Shown piece after piece: positions 1 to 13,620 of a DNA stretch of 64,000 nucleotides. The notes beneath the pieces were generated by a model, which was not told the origin of the DNA, searched no databases, and saw only the letters and a list, made by a program, of their open reading frames with translations. The position numbers were made by a program, and so were the translations under genes. The stretch is taken from the NCBI GenBank assembly GCA_013265495.1, contig MU058241.1, positions 1,055,249-1,119,248 on the forward strand. Reading direction: 5' to 3'. Position 1 is the first letter of the stretch. Each line of letters starts with the position of its first letter. This DNA comes from Vicugna vicugna (Eukaryota).

Positions 1-479
1 GTGCTACTTTTTCCCAACACCTGTATCCTTTATTTAAATCCTTGAGCATTCAAAAGACAGGTAATCTGCATTCTTACATCTCTAGTGTATTTTTCTAACT
101 ATCAAAGTGTGTTTCTCAGAGTTTCACACTGTGCTATTATTTCCCCTGCGGAAATGTTCTTGTCTTTGAAAAATGGTACCGTTTCCCCTAAATCATAAAC
201 TACACACTCGCATCAGAGTCACAAAAATAAATTAGTTCTCACCATGGGGCAATGTGGGGCCATCTCCCCCCACCCCTCTTCACAGTAAGAGTCGTGCTGA
301 ATGGCGACTGTCTTCCAGGGGCTGTGAGAGGCACAGCAACAGGACAGAAAGGCCTCCGTGCTGAGAGGCTATGTGCCCGTGGGAGGGCTCCTCAGTAAAC
401 AAGCAAACAAGTCAACAAACTCCTCAGCCACCTGGACGGAGCAGGTCAAGCTGGGTCTGAATGTCTGCAGGGCTAGAAC

Positions 480-1080
480 GTGCAGGGTCTTGCATCAGTG
501 CCGAGGAGAGTCATCAAAGGCTTACAAAGAGAGAGGCTGTTGTCCAATTTTTTTTTTTTTGAAGAATTGTTTTGGCTGCTTGTAGCAAATGAACTGCAGG
601 GTACCAGGAGAGAATCACGGGGCTGTTTAGGAAGCTATCACTAGCTCTAGACAAGGGATGATGGACGTCTGAACCCGAAGCAGAAGAGATGAGAACAATG
701 GACCTGCTGGGATACACTCAAAAGACCAAGCACGGGGACTTGGGGGTTCAAGGAGAGGGATTAAAGAATGACTTGAGGAGATATTTGGCTTGAGACACTG
801 GGTGGAGAGTTGTATCATTTATTAAGATCCGTAAAACCGAGGAGATATTCTTACACAAAATTAAATGATCAGTTTGGTACACACATTCAGGATACATCCA
901 AGCAGAAATGTCAAAACAAACCAAACAAACAAGAAAACGCCAACCAGTTGGATCGGATTCTGTAGCACACAGGAGAGGTCTGCACTAGTGATACACATTT
1001 AGGTGTTAGGAACTAGCAGCCAACGTTTGAAGTGAGGAGAAGGGATGAGAGTGCTTACAGAGAGAGAGCAGAAACAAAGA
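480..1080 (-). mobile_element. LINE-2 fragment (degenerate)
   Basis: Purine-rich antisense L2 motifs such as 'tttggcttgagacactgggtggagagttgtatcatttattaagat' and 'gatacatccaagcagaaatgtc...ggagaggtctgcactagtgatacacattt'. Boundaries approximate. Confidence 0.7.
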
Positions 1081-1559
1081 GAAGCCCACTGGGGGCAGAG
1101 ACCCACAGACAAGCTGTGGCTGCAGGCTCCATCCGGTTCACACCCTGAGTATCGCGCTCAGCTCCGTGGGGGTTCCATTCATCCTTGACCATCTCGCGGC
1201 CAGTTCTCGGCTGGAGGAGTTCTAAACTCAGGCTGCATCTTGGATTTGCGCAGGGGCTTTGAAATAATGATGCCTGGTTCTCATGGTTGCTCTACCCAGT
1301 TCGTGCTAATGTTTACCCGTTTTCAGAACCACTGCTGGCTGCTGTTTACTTAAGAGATCTTTGCTAGTTAGATGAACGTAATTGCTGTCTGGCTGAAGGG
1401 ATATATGTAGTTTTGCTATTTTTCCAGTATATGGGCGTCATCAAAGAGTCCCATCATCTATCAAAATGTCAAAAAAATTGTATTAGCAAATGAATTTCAC
1501 CTCAGTATTCCATGTTCTGATCTACAAAGGCAGTGTTTCTTCCCTCAGAGGTTATCCTG

Positions 1560-2230
1560 CTAATCTGAAATGGTGAATGTGATGTGGCTGGAGGATGCTA
1601 CCAGGATCCCAGAGAGGGACACGAGTCCCAGCTGGAGCATGTGAAGATTTCCTGAGGATAATGGTGCCGGAGCTACCTGGGGGGAGTGGGAATGATGCAG
1701 ATGAAGAAGGATGAGAAGGGAGCCCCAGACCAGGGCAGACACAGGGAGACGTCAGAGCATGGCGGAAGAGAACTGCCCGAGTTTCGGCTGGAACGCTGCA
1801 GACATGGAGAATGGCAAGGAAGACAGTGATCTGAACTGAACACCACGTCTGCAGGCCAGCGAGCCTGCACTTTAGTCTCCAGGTGATGGGACTCATAAAG
1901 GCTCTTAGAAGGGCAGTGGCAAGACCTATTTCTGTGTGGGCCAGATTACTAATCACAACTAGGACATGGGTTTAAATATGTCCAAAGTATGTTCAGGGAC
2001 ACCGGTTAGTAGAACAACCGCCTCTTGACGATGGGAAATGACAAGGGCTTGAACTAGAGCAGTGCCAGAAGGGACATGAGGCAGAGGCAGGTCTGGGATA
2101 AACCATCGGATACAGAGCACAGAGAAGGAAAGGGTAACTGTCTTCCGAATCAGGCACAGAAGGGATAGGGTGCTTTCGACTTAGAGAACAGGAGAATTAG
2201 CTGGATGCCTGTAACGCATCCAGGTAAATG
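1560..2230 (-). mobile_element. LINE-2 fragment (degenerate)
   Basis: Purine-rich antisense L2-like sequence ('gaagatttcctgaggataatggtgccggagct', 'agggcttgaactagagcagtg'). Confidence 0.55.
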
Positions 2231-2252
2231 TGTCCACTACAAACCTGACGTC

Positions 2253-2745
2253 TGCACTCTTTCCTAGGGATGCTGGCAGAAATGATCACGAACGCAATGC
2301 TTTATTAACACAGCATGAATTTATTATCTCACGGGTCTGGAGGTCAAAAGTCTGAAACAGGCGTCACTAGGCCAACATCAAGATGTCTGCAAGGTTGCAT
2401 TTCCTCCTGGAGGCTCTGGGGAGAATCCACTCCTTTGCCTTTTCCAGCCCCCCGAAGCTGCCCACAGTCCTTGGCGCGTGGCCCCTTCCTCCACCTTCAA
2501 AGGCAGCCACCGCTGCTCAGGCTCTTCTCATACTGCGACAGTCTCCCTCCTCCATCTCTGAGGACCCCTGCGATTACACTGGGCCTGACTGGATAATCTC
2601 CGTACTTTGTGGTCAGCAGATGGGCAGCTTAATTCCACGTGCAACTTTAATCCCCCTTTGCCATGTAAAGTAACAAATTCACAGGTTCCAGATGCTAGGA
2701 TGGACACGTCTTTGGGGGGCAGGGGTCATTATTCTGCCCACCACA
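2253..2745 (-). mobile_element. MaLR solo LTR (MLT1C/D-like)
   Basis: Contains 'aatttattatctcacgggtctggaggtcaaaagtctgaa' and 'ggaggctctggggagaatcc', and ends 'cattattctgcccaccaca', the reverse complement of the MLT1 5' end. Confidence 0.85.
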
Positions 2746-3558
2746 GTACTGTGGCCTGAAACATGGGGTTCCGTGAGGATCCCATTTGACACTCCACAGC
2801 ACAGAGCTCGTAACAAAGAAGCTGAGATCTCCCCCCAAGAATGAGGAGAATGAGAACGGTTTGGGGAGGGCTGTTCAGGGCGGGGAAGGAAGAGGAATCC
2901 ACGAAGAAAGAAAGAAAAAGCAGCTGGAGGAGGAAGCAGAACCAGGAGAGAGCAGTAGGAGTAAGATGCGGGTAAGGGGAAAGCGGTGAGTAACGGTTCT
3001 GACCTGGGTGAAAATCTGTGTGTGAGAAATTCCTGACATGTTGAGTATAGGATACAAATAACCCAGAAATAATGGCTTTAATTCTGAGCCATTGCGAGAC
3101 ACATAAAACATTCCCATTTCTATTTTACATGGACATTGTATAAAATGTGGCAAACACATATACATCGCTTCAATTTCTCATGATGTCTGAATCACATCTA
3201 AAACCCTGTACCCATAAATGGAGTGTCTGACTGAGGAGAGCTATTCCAAGTAAGAATTTTCCATGGATTTGTTATGGCTGGATGCAGTGAACTTGAAATA
3301 AAAAATCTCCTTTGTGGTTTCATTTAGATTAATGCAGTCCATTCCTGTGAAATGTCTGTAACTAAAGATGAATGATCAACCCTCCTCAACTCTAACAAAA
3401 ATTTTATCATGTAAAGAACACGTCAGTTGCAGTCTGAACTAGCAAGTCTTTGCAGGGTAGTTTTTTGTTGTAGTTCTATAAGTTTGTTTTTAATTCCCTT
3501 TCTTTAGGTCATTCAAAACATCCAGGTAATTTGATAACACTCTTTCAAGATGCACTCT

Positions 3559-3580
3559 ACACACACACACACACACACAC
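3559..3580. repeat. (AC)11 microsatellite
   Basis: Read directly from the sequence. Confidence 0.95.
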
Positions 3581-3862
3581 CCAGCAAAGCTGATTCAGGG
3601 CTCATGAAAGAAAAAGACAAAGATGAGGAAGACTAATTGAATTAAATTAGGTATCGAAAGATGTGGTCAGGAAAACATTTTTAATGCTTAAAAACTTAAG
3701 AAGAGTCAAGGCTTTAATTAGATTTTTCTAAGCACTTTATAGATAAGGTAATACAAATATTACAGAAAATACACAAATTATATATATACATAAACACACA
3801 CACAGCCATACACCTAGAGAGAAAGAGAGAAAGAAACAAAGTCTTCTGAAGCACACGGTTGC

Positions 3863-4130
3863 TGTGGGCAGGATCCCAAGCTGGCCTCCGTGGCCCTAAA
3901 GTAAAAATCTGTGTATCCCCCTCCCCTTCGGTGTGGGCAGGAGCTGTGACCTGCTTCTAACCAAAAGAACATCACGGACTACCCTTGATGCAGCTGTGTG
4001 AGACTCTGGGCAGCAAATCCAGCTAAGGAGTGTCAGGGCTCCTGAACCACAGAGATGGTGAGACAATAAATGCATGTGATTCTGAACCAGTACATTTATG
4101 ACAACTTGCTGTGCAGTACAGAAAACTCCC
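3863..4130 (+). mobile_element. MaLR solo LTR (MLT1E/F-like, internally deleted)
   Basis: 'tgtgggcaggatcccaagctggcc', 'tgtgggcaggagctgtgacctgcttctaaccaa' and 'acagagatggtgagacaataaatgcatgtg'. Confidence 0.7.
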
Positions 4131-4220
4131 GGGAGGTACTTTTAGAATTAAATTTCATTACATTTTTGTTATGAAGAAAAAAATCATGTCTGCTAAAATA
4201 GTTATTCAAAATTAACTATT

Positions 4221-5569
4221 CTTCTCTTCAGCAAGTGGTGTTGGGAAAACTGGACAGCAGCATGGAAATCAATGAAGTTAGAACACTCCCTCACACCATA
4301 CACAAAAATAAACTCAAAATGGATCAAAGACTTAAGCATAAGACAGGGTACAATAAACTTCCTAGAAGAAAACATAGACAAAAGATTATCTCACATACAC
4401 CTCAAAACAGAAATAAAAGCAAAGAATAAACAAATGGGACCTAATTAAACACAGCAAAGGAAACCATATGCAAAAAAAAATGACAACCTCTGATATGGCG
4501 GGAAATATTTACAAATGATGCAACTGACAAAGGTTTAACCTCCAGAATATATAAATAGCTCATACAACTTAATAACAAAAAAGCAAACAACCCAATCCAA
4601 AAATGGGCAGAAGACCTAAACAAGCAATTCTCCAAGGGAAAAATACAAATGATCAATAGGCACATGAAAAAATGCTCAACATCACTAATTATCAGAGAAA
4701 TGCAAATCAAAACTATGATGAGGTATCACCTCACACCAGTCAGAATGGCCGTCATTCAAAAGTCCACAAATGATAAATGCTGGAGAGGGTGTGGAGAAAA
4801 GGGAACCCTCCTACACTGCTGGTGGGAATGCAGTTTGGCGCAGCCATTGTGTAAAATCAGTATGGAGACTCCTCAAAAGACTAAAAATAGACTTACCCTA
4901 TGATCCAGCAATCCCACTCCTGGACATATATCCAGAGGGAACTCTAATTCAAGAAGATACACACACCCCCAATGTTCATAGCAGCACTATTTACAGTAGC
5001 CAAAACATGGAAGCAATCTAAATGTCCATCAACAGTTGACTGGATAAAGAAGATGTGGTAATATTTATACAATGGAATACTACTTGGCCATAAAAATGAA
5101 TAAAATAATGCCATTTGCAGCAACATGGATGGACCTAGAGATGGTCATTCTCAGTGAAGTAAGCCAGAAAAAGAGAAAGAAAAATACCATATGATATCAC
5201 TCATATATGGAACCTAAAAAGAGAAAGAAAGGAAAAAAGAGTACATCAATGAACTCATCTACAAACAGAAACAGACTTGCAGAAATAGTAAACAAGTTTA
5301 GGGTTATGGGGGAAAGACGGTGGGAAGGGATAAATCTGGGAGTTTGAGATTTGCAAATGTTAGCCACTATATATAAAAATAGATTCAAGGAACAGATTTC
5401 TTCAGTACAGCACAGGGAACTATATTCAATAACCTTTAATGAAAAAGAATATGAAAACGAATATATGTATGTATATGCATGATGGGACATTGTGCTGTAC
5501 ACCATAAATGGACACATGATTAATGACTATACTTCAATTTTTTAAAAAACCTGAAAAAAGAAAAAAATT
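4221..5569 (+). mobile_element. 5'-truncated lineage-specific LINE-1 (ORF2 C-terminus, 3'UTR, A-tail)
   Basis: ORF2 peptides ([29 protein letters not shown]...[19 protein letters not shown]) broken by frameshifts, an A-rich tail, and a 12-bp TSD aaattaactatt at 4209-4220 and 5570-5581. Confidence 0.97.
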
Positions 5570-6819
5570 AAATTAACTATTTTTTGTCTCTGATTTTTAA
5601 GAATGGAAATGTGGTAATTTAATGCATTTTTTCATAAATCAGAAGTCTAAGTTTGAAGATGGGAAATTGTGCAGAGTTTAAATGGCTGCCCTCAAATCCA
5701 GCAATGCAGTCTTGATCATCGTATCTGTGGGCCTAGAATCCTAATGCAGCTGACCTATCCATACCTTTAATTTCTGTAGTCCAACTTCTTAAAGACAGAA
5801 GGCAATTGCTAGTTATATACTACCGGATTACTGAATTTTTAATTTTACTGATTAATGGTTTTCATAAAGGTAGATATAATCTAAATTTTATATCCTGTTC
5901 CATATATATTCCATATATATATATATAATATGAAATTATCTTCATCCAACATCAATCTTTTTCAAATTTTTATTCAATGATTTATCTACCATCGTATACA
6001 AAAACACATGAGGAAGACTTGGTAGGCATGAGATAAGAAGAGAGAAGGTACTCACGTCACTAAGTTACCTTATCTCTCAAAGGCTCATAATTCACTGGCG
6101 ACTCTTTCCTCAGGGAGATGCTGAATTCACTCCTCATTAATCTTTCTTTTCTCAGATTCTACATAGTCTGCAGGTATGACAGACCCCATCAAAACTGCTC
6201 ACTCTCCAACTCAACTAAACGTTGAGGAAGAAGTTGTTTATCATTTTGGGTGGAATTTGAAGGGCAACATAAGTTCCTCTATTAGGAAAGCAGAGTGGCC
6301 TGAAACACGATTTGACCCCAAAATCGAGCCGCTCAAAGGCAGCTGCTCAGGATTAACAGCTGGTGACTCGGCAGCAAGGATCGGCTGTGGCTCACAGCAC
6401 ACGGAGGCCCGTGGGAGAGCGGGATGCGTCTCCTTGGACATCCTTGTTCAGAGAAGTGCAACATCCTGACCCATGAACCCCTCTCTGTGATGTGGGTCAG
6501 GGGTTCCTAAAAGTGCCCAGGACCCCAAATGTCTTATCAGCCACATTCAGTGTCGACATTTTCACAGGTAATTTGCTGAATTTATTTAGTAAGGAGTCAA
6601 GCCAAAGTGTAACTGAACCATCTGAGAGAAAATACACGAATTCATTACTAAGATGTTGAGTTTAGGATACATTGGTTTTCCAGGGTAGGTGCTTGCCAAT
6701 TAAACTGATCGCTCATTAAAGCCATGATGATGACTAGCAGACTGCTGCATTGTGGAGAAGATGATCAGGGATACGCTGTACATTTCTCTGGGACAAACCT
6801 CAGTCATGAACCACAAAGA

Positions 6820-7540
6820 AACAGCATAAATATATTTTGGAGCTCCTATTATGTACAAGGCATTTTCCTAAGCAGTGGGTAGGTTACAATGATGACTAGT
6901 ACACGACACACACACTTCAGAGTGTGGCCACCTGTGATGCAAACACAACGAGACAGAGGACCACGTAGATTCTGATGGGGCTGAAAGTCAGTCAGAAACA
7001 AAAGGTCAGAAGAGCTGAGATGTAGAGCTCAGAGTAGCAATGGGCTTTGAGCAGGTTTAAAAGTGCTGCACAGCTGGAAGGAAGTCACCGAAGTGGAATG
7101 TGCCTGGTGTCCTTGGAGGATGGGCAGATGTCTACGGGGCTGATAATTTCCAGTATGTGAAGGGCAGGGAGGGTGTGAGATGAGGCTAAAGGCTGGACTC
7201 AGGCTTGCCTGGGGAACCTGTGTGCCAAGCTGAACTCTGGAATGTTGCTTTCTAGGTAGTGAGGGGCAACGAAAAGGCTCAGCTCTACAAAGGTAACGCA
7301 GCGTGTTCAGGATGGATTAGCGTGGGGAAAGACTGGAGGCAGGGACAGTAGTCAGGAAGTGAACGTGACTGTTCTGGAGAGAAGTCATACGTCTGATCAG
7401 GGACGTGGGCAAGCAGGAGCAGGTCCTTTAAGTACCTATGAGAGACAATCAGCAGGGTTTTGCTACTGAAAGACAAGGAACGTGGGAGAGGAGAGCACAG
7501 ATAACTCTGAGGTTTTGGGAAGGGGCCAATTCAAACTTGA
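6820..7540 (-). mobile_element. LINE-2 3' region
   Basis: 'gagctcctattatgtacaaggcatttt' (antisense L2 3' end) followed by purine-rich L2 body. Confidence 0.6.
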
Positions 7541-8829
7541 AAAAGGGAGAGTAAGCTGTAGAGAGACACTGACCAGCCAGCTGGCCATTTTAACATTCAC
7601 AGAGCTAAGGGAGTGGAGTGGAGAAGAGGCAGGTGGGAAACAGACACCAGCTGCCCAAATCCAAGCTTTAGTGGGAGATACGCATCTTTTTAATTTATAG
7701 GAGACCCCGCTTTGATCTGGCTGAGCCCCAAGTGTTAGAGTATAGTTTGTCCAACTCGACAGTTAGATAAAGGGGAATGAACTGAACATGACATATCAGT
7801 GAGATCTTGTTTAAATGTAAGCTGTAAGGATTTTATTTGCTCATAACCAAGTGTGCTCTTCGAGGAAGCTAATGACGCATCAAAACCACAGGGCAGGAGT
7901 GAAGAAGTGTTTATAGATTAATCTGAGGCAGGACATTGGCCAAGAGAGGATAAGGGTGATGTACCCACATAAATCTCCCCTCAGTGGACCGGCAAGTATA
8001 AATATGTCATCCAGCGTGACAATCATTGAGGCTGACCCGGCTGAAATGGTACTTGGGGATGCTCCATGAACTGTTTTATGATGAAGTTCTGAACTGGTTC
8101 TGTTTGGGGCACCTACACTTAAAACTTTCCTCATGGAGTACCCTTAGCCCTGATGTAGTAATTTATCCTTATTTACTCAATACCTTCTTGTTTCTCAATC
8201 ATAACTAAGTCTTTCCTCTGAATGTTATGCTCTTGTTTTAAATGTTTTATCCGTAATTTTTATTTATGCTCACTCCTTCAATGCTAGGTTGCAAACATTT
8301 GTACATTTTTTGCCTCTTCAAATTTAACTGTAAGTTCACTGTTAAAAACCAAAGGTATTGCACCAGGCATGAAAAACGTAAGACAAGTTGGCAGTCTGTT
8401 CTGTTCTCTGTATGTGAATTTCCCTTCTCTTAAATTGATACATTCAGAGATACTGTGTAAATGTGCAGCACTGTGACTGGCATTTGATGAAGAATTCTGC
8501 TCCTCCCTCGCCTCCCAGGTCTCTTTTGCCTCTGCCTCGTGTGGAGGACCTTATGTTTTGGACAACTCAGACTGTTCTGGTCCTGGCCAGGCTTCCATGT
8601 AAGGTTGGAGCCTCAAAGGACACTGACCTTCTCTGGTCTCACTGTCTTCACGTGCAGACTGAGGCACAACTGAGCTCCGTCTTCTGGGGCTTGTCCGTCC
8701 AGTCATTTGGTTACTTCACGCTCCCTCTGTTTCCTCTCCCTTTCTTTGCTCCTTTTCACGAAACACAATTTACATTCTCTCCTGAAAGACTATCTGCAAG
8801 CCAAGTCTCCAATGACTTTCATGGAAAGG

Positions 8830-9620
8830 AGTGAAGTCATTCATTCCTTGAATCTACCACCCATTAAATACCTACCAAATCACAGGCCGAGTTTCAGATA
8901 CTGGGAATACAACCGTGAACAAACCCGAGAAAGCCCTGCTCTCATGGAGCTTACGTTCTAACTTGGAGACGTAGAAAGCAATCAGACAGTTACAACATAA
9001 ATACGTAGTGTAAGATATATAATAGGGCAGGTGATAATGAAAGCTAGTAAGAAACATATGCCAGGTTATGGGGATGGAGCGTGATGGGGTGGGTGTAATT
9101 TCCAACAGAGCAGTCAGAGAAAAAAATCTCCATAGTGGCAGTCAAGAAGGAAGCACTGCAGGTATCTGGGAGGGGGGGAGAATGTTCCAGGCAGAGGAAA
9201 CTGTAAGCAGAAATGTCCACCAGTGGACAGCAGTGTGGTGGGCTCCACCTCTAAACAACAGGTAAAGAGGGTGAAATGACAGACAGCTGGGCACAAGACC
9301 ATATGTTGACGCTGGCATAAACTGAATTTCATCCTGCTTGAGAAGGAAAGCAACAGAGGGCTTTGCTATGACTTATACTTAAACATGTACGTACAATGAC
9401 ATATCCTTTAATATGAGAATGATCACATATGCATTCATAGAATCACTGGGCTGTGTAGGAAGGCAAGGGTAGAAGCAGGTAGACCAGTCAGACAGCCCTC
9501 ATAGCCTTCAAGGTGAGTTATGATACCTGTTTGGTAACTTGGTTTAGGGTGGCAGGGGTAGAAGAGGCTGGAAGGCAGAGCCTGCAAAGGACGTCAAGTG
9601 TTTAGATACGAGTGTGAGAG
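8830..9620 (-). mobile_element. LINE-2 (L2a-like) 3' region
   Basis: 'tcattcattc...gatactgggaatacaaccgtgaacaaa...ccctgctctcatggagcttacgttcta' is the classic antisense L2 3' end. Confidence 0.85.
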
Positions 9621-9974
9621 CAGCAGGGAGCCCAGAAATGACCCAGCTGCTGCGGGGGAACCACTGCAGACAAGGCTGCCCTCCGCTACACTGGGGAAGA
9701 CCACTGGGGGCAGCCAGATTCTTCTGTGGGGTCGGATGCAGGGTAGGGGCGGGGTGATGGAGATCAACAGTTCTCACAGATGGACAGTTTCTCGGTGTAA
9801 AGAAACAGAGATAAACACAAATTCGAATATCTCTCTTATAGAAGTATCTGTGTTAACGGTTTTGAGACTTCCTGGTAAGGCTGAGTCAGTTTATACCTGA
9901 CATGCCTGGGAGAAGAGGCAGTTTCTGAACTCCCCTCACTCCAGGGGGTGGAAGACCAGGACACAGAAGAGAAA

Positions 9975-10100
9975 AATGACTCATGGGTCCTTCAACAAAT
10001 ATGGATGGGGCACCCGCCACGTGCCAGGCACTATTCCAAGAGCTTGGGCTACAGCAGAGAACAGACTGGATCCCTGCCTTCGTGGCTGCCTGGAAGAATT
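9975..10100 (-). mobile_element. LINE-2 3' end fragment
   Basis: 'ttcaacaaatat...gcacccgccacgtgccaggcactattccaagagcttgggctacagcagagaac'. Confidence 0.75.
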
Positions 10101-10699
10101 TCCCCTGTGCTTGACATCCTGTCAAGAGCTGAGGAAGTCCACTGTCACCCTGTGCCCGCTTCCTGCACTACGTCCAAAAGGGCCATCAAAACAACCGCCA
10201 TCAGGCACCACCAGGGGACCCCACCAGGTCACCCTTTTGTCTGCCCCTCACTCTTAGACCTACCACCCTGCCTCTCCTTTCACCAGCCTCTCTCCCACCA
10301 CCCTTCTAAAATCCTCCAAGGTGCTTTGGCACCAGGCTTGCATTCTCTCCAGCCTCAGATCTTCCCAGAACATGCTCTCACCGTCTCTCCTTGGCAGGAA
10401 CCTAGCTTTTCCCTGATGGTACGCCTTCACGTGCAGCCCTCCTTTTCCTCCCGGGGCTTACAGACACCGCAAGGCCAGGAGACGCCCTTGTTTTGCTCCA
10501 GCCTGTTTCAACCAAGTGACCTCTCCTCCTCTGTGCTCCCTGGCATGGACACATTTCTCTTCATAAGCCCCAATCTCAATTAGCGTCCTTCCCTACAGCA
10601 CAACTTAACACCCTCGTGTTTTGACTTGATCTCTGTCTCTCCTGCTTTTATGATGGCAAAGTCTTGTCTACCCCAGGAAACTATGAGTTTTCTTTTGCT

Positions 10700-11207
10700 G
10701 CATGACATATCACCACAGCCTTCCCAGCTTCCTCTGCTCAGGGTCCCACAAGGCCAATATTAAGGTGCTGGCAGGGCTGGGCTCTCACCTGGACGCTCCA
10801 GGGAAGAACTGCTCTCAAGCTCACTGAGGTCCTTGGCTCGTTGCAGATGTAGGACGTGGGACTGAGCCCACATCTAATTTCCGGCTGTTGGCCGGGATCC
10901 CTCTCAGCTGCTCAGGGCTGCTCCCAGGCCCCTGGACATCTCTTAGTAACAGAGGGCCTCCTTTGCATCCAACCTCTCTGTACATCTGACTTTTGCTCCG
11001 CTGACCAGCTGGAGAAAACTGTGCTTTTATAGGGCTCCTGTGATTAGGTCAGTCCTGTCTTGATAATCCCCTGTCTTAAGGTCAAGTGATTGGGAACCTG
11101 AATTCTATCTGCAAAGGTCCTTCTGCCACCTACATAAGGTGACATAATAATGAAAGTAACACTGGGGGCAGAAGTCACAGAAGCCATCCAGAAGTCAGCC
11201 TGCCTTG
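10700..11207 (-). mobile_element. MaLR LTR (MLT1E/F/G-like)
   Basis: 'aaggtgctggcagggctgggctctcacctgga', 'gtgattaggtcagtcc' and 'gattgggaacctgaattctatctgcaaa'. Confidence 0.75.
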
Positions 11208-11332
11208 CCTCCCAATAAAAAAACTTTTATGCGGATTCTTTTCTTACAACTGGGAGTGTGAATTAAAGGTCCTAACGCTGAAGTGGAAAACCAGGGTCCC
11301 AGAACACACTGCTGACTGAAGAAACTTCCTTC

Positions 11333-11921
11333 TGTGGCCGAACACGAGTCCGTGAGCCTGCTGTACAGTGAGGCCAAACAAACCGAAACATCGGAGTCTG
11401 GGACGGAGAAAGGCTGACTGCAGGGCCAAGCAAGGAGAATGGCTGGCTGGTGCTCAAAAAGCCTGAACTCCCTGGTGGTTTGAGGGGAGAAGTTTTAATG
11501 GGCAGAATTGGGGGTGGGGCCTGCAGGGGTGTGTGACTGTCCTCTGCTTGGCTGGTGGGGAGGTACCAGTGCAGTGCTCCAGGAATCTTGTGCTTGGCCT
11601 GAAGTTGCCACCCCCCTGCCTGGTGGCGGCCTTAGTCCCTAGGGAAGAACTCAAAAGGTGTTGTTCTGTGTATTCCTTAAGGAGGAGCCAGGACCTGCCC
11701 CAGGGCTGCACTACTGCTTCCTGACTGCTCCTCCCTTGTCTCTGCACCCCCACCCTTCCCTGATTAGCAACTGTTTGACTTTGCCCTTTGGAACTCTGGG
11801 AGGATCAAGGAATGAAGCTTGTTTCCTACAAAAAAGAAATGTGGTTGGATCTGGGGGTGGGGAGTACAGGACAGAAAGCTTCTGGAGCAGGGAGGACCCC
11901 AGAGGGTCCTGCTCCGTTCTA
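11333..11921 (-). mobile_element. ERV1-class solo LTR (same family as 57390-57955)
   Basis: Reverse complement of the 57390-57955 element ('gaggccaaacaaaccgaaacatcggag' versus 'ctccgatgttttggtttgtttggcctt'). Near-TSD cttc/cctc. Confidence 0.85.
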
Positions 11922-12429
11922 CCTCCAGACTGTACCTTCCTCTGAACACGGGCGGGAGTGCCTGCCAGGGGCTGACGCTACCTGCAGACAATGCAAGGAA
12001 GTCATGCTGTGAAGACCAAGAGCAGCCAGATAAAATGAATAAGGGGGTGGGAATGAGAGTAGAAAAAACGCGGTGCATCTGGAAAGACTTTATTTCTCTA
12101 AACAACAGTGAGAAGAGAGCAAGTGCCAAAAATTTGAGATCTATGCTTTCAACCGAGCTCAACCCGTTACTCCAAGGAGCAAGGCCAGGTGTTTAGCGGG
12201 GTCCTTATGTTAGGGGGGATGGATGAGTCACACGTTTGTCATGGTGACATGGAGGAGGAGATCCACAGCGAGTGTTAGTTACGATGCTCAAAATAATACT
12301 TTTCTCCCCACACATACTTTACATACACTTGAATGTTTAAAAATAATGGGAGAAATTAAACACTGGGTGCCTGTTTCTTTTGTTCTCTTAAAGTAACAAT
12401 GATTAAATTATTTTAAATAGGAAAAATAA

Positions 12430-12590
12430 GAGGCAGTGTGGTGGATAGACTATTTGCTGGAATCTGAAAAAAAATGATTTCTAGTCCTTGTTTTTTTTAT
12501 GAATTAGCCACATGACCTCGGACAAGCATTATACTCTCCCTAAAACCTTGTCTCCTGTACTTAGAGTTAAGGAAATGTGACTTACCAACA
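12430..12590 (+). mobile_element. MIR SINE
   Basis: 'gaggcagtgtggtgga...ctggaatctga...tagccacatgacctcggacaagc'. Confidence 0.65.
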
Positions 12591-13520
12591 TCTTAGGTCA
12601 CTGTCACCTTGAAGCGCTAGTCAGAGAGGGCACCCCTGGCGTAATGAAATGCGGCAGACACACTCACTAGTTTTCACCATTTTGAAGCACTTTCCCAAGC
12701 TCCAGGGATTTTTTTTGTATCGCCCAGTCTCATTGGACGGATGTGAACAATCTGACTGATTTGATCAGCTCTTGGGGTCACCAACTCACTTTCCTGAATG
12801 AAGACGACTCATCGCTCTTGTCTGATCGCAACCAGCTCCCCAGCTTTTCACCCAACTGGACCCACTCAGACAGCTAATTGCACTCTTTCATGGCCTTAAT
12901 TCTGACCCAGCACTGCTGTTTTATATGACCACGACTGAACTGGTCAGGCACTCTGCGTGATCCAACAGCGTTTTCCTATCTTAGATTTGTACACACAGAA
13001 ACCACTGGGCTCTAAAATTGAAGCCAAATCCAGGAGGAAGAAGACCCTAATTTCATGACTTTCTGTTAAAGGGATGAACACTAACAATTTTCCAGATTTC
13101 ATTGATTCTTTCTGGGAAACTCAAACATATTTCAATCACCTGTTGTTTTAGGAAGCAGAATATTCGTCAAAACCCTTCACTGTATTAGCCATTGTCTTAC
13201 TAGCCCCCACTCAAGAAGGAAAAATATGTTTGCACAGGACACAGTGAATACACAGCAAGTTCTCAGAGTGTGCACAGCACACAAGAATAAAAATACAGCC
13301 TTACTGGGTTACAGAGGATTTTCACCATATTTTCCATATAAGTAGAACTTTGCTTTATTATTTTATTTTTGGGGTGAGTGTTGGCAGAAGGATACTGGCA
13401 GAAAATATTTGGCTTGTGGTGAAAGAATTCACATGATAAAATTCCATATTAAAATGTTTTCCCCTTTTTAGTACTGGTACTTAAGTGGCTGGTACTTTTT
13501 CTTTCCTGTGTTCCTGGAAT

Positions 13521-13620
13521 GCACAAATATTTATAGCCATATATATAGTTTGAAATACACAAAGGGTATGAGTTTGTGTGAATCTCAAACTATAATTATG
13601 GCTATAAATATTTGAAGTGC
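13521..13620. other. Long imperfect inverted repeat (hairpin, ~100 nt)
   Basis: 13524-13541 pairs perfectly with 13597-13614, 13544-13553 with 13585-13594, and 13557-13563 with 13573-13579, leaving a 9-nt loop. Confidence 0.9.

Noticed and set aside
9948..10583. Longest ORF (211 aa)
   Set aside because: It overlaps an L2 remnant, starts at a non-ATG codon and has no recognisable domain.
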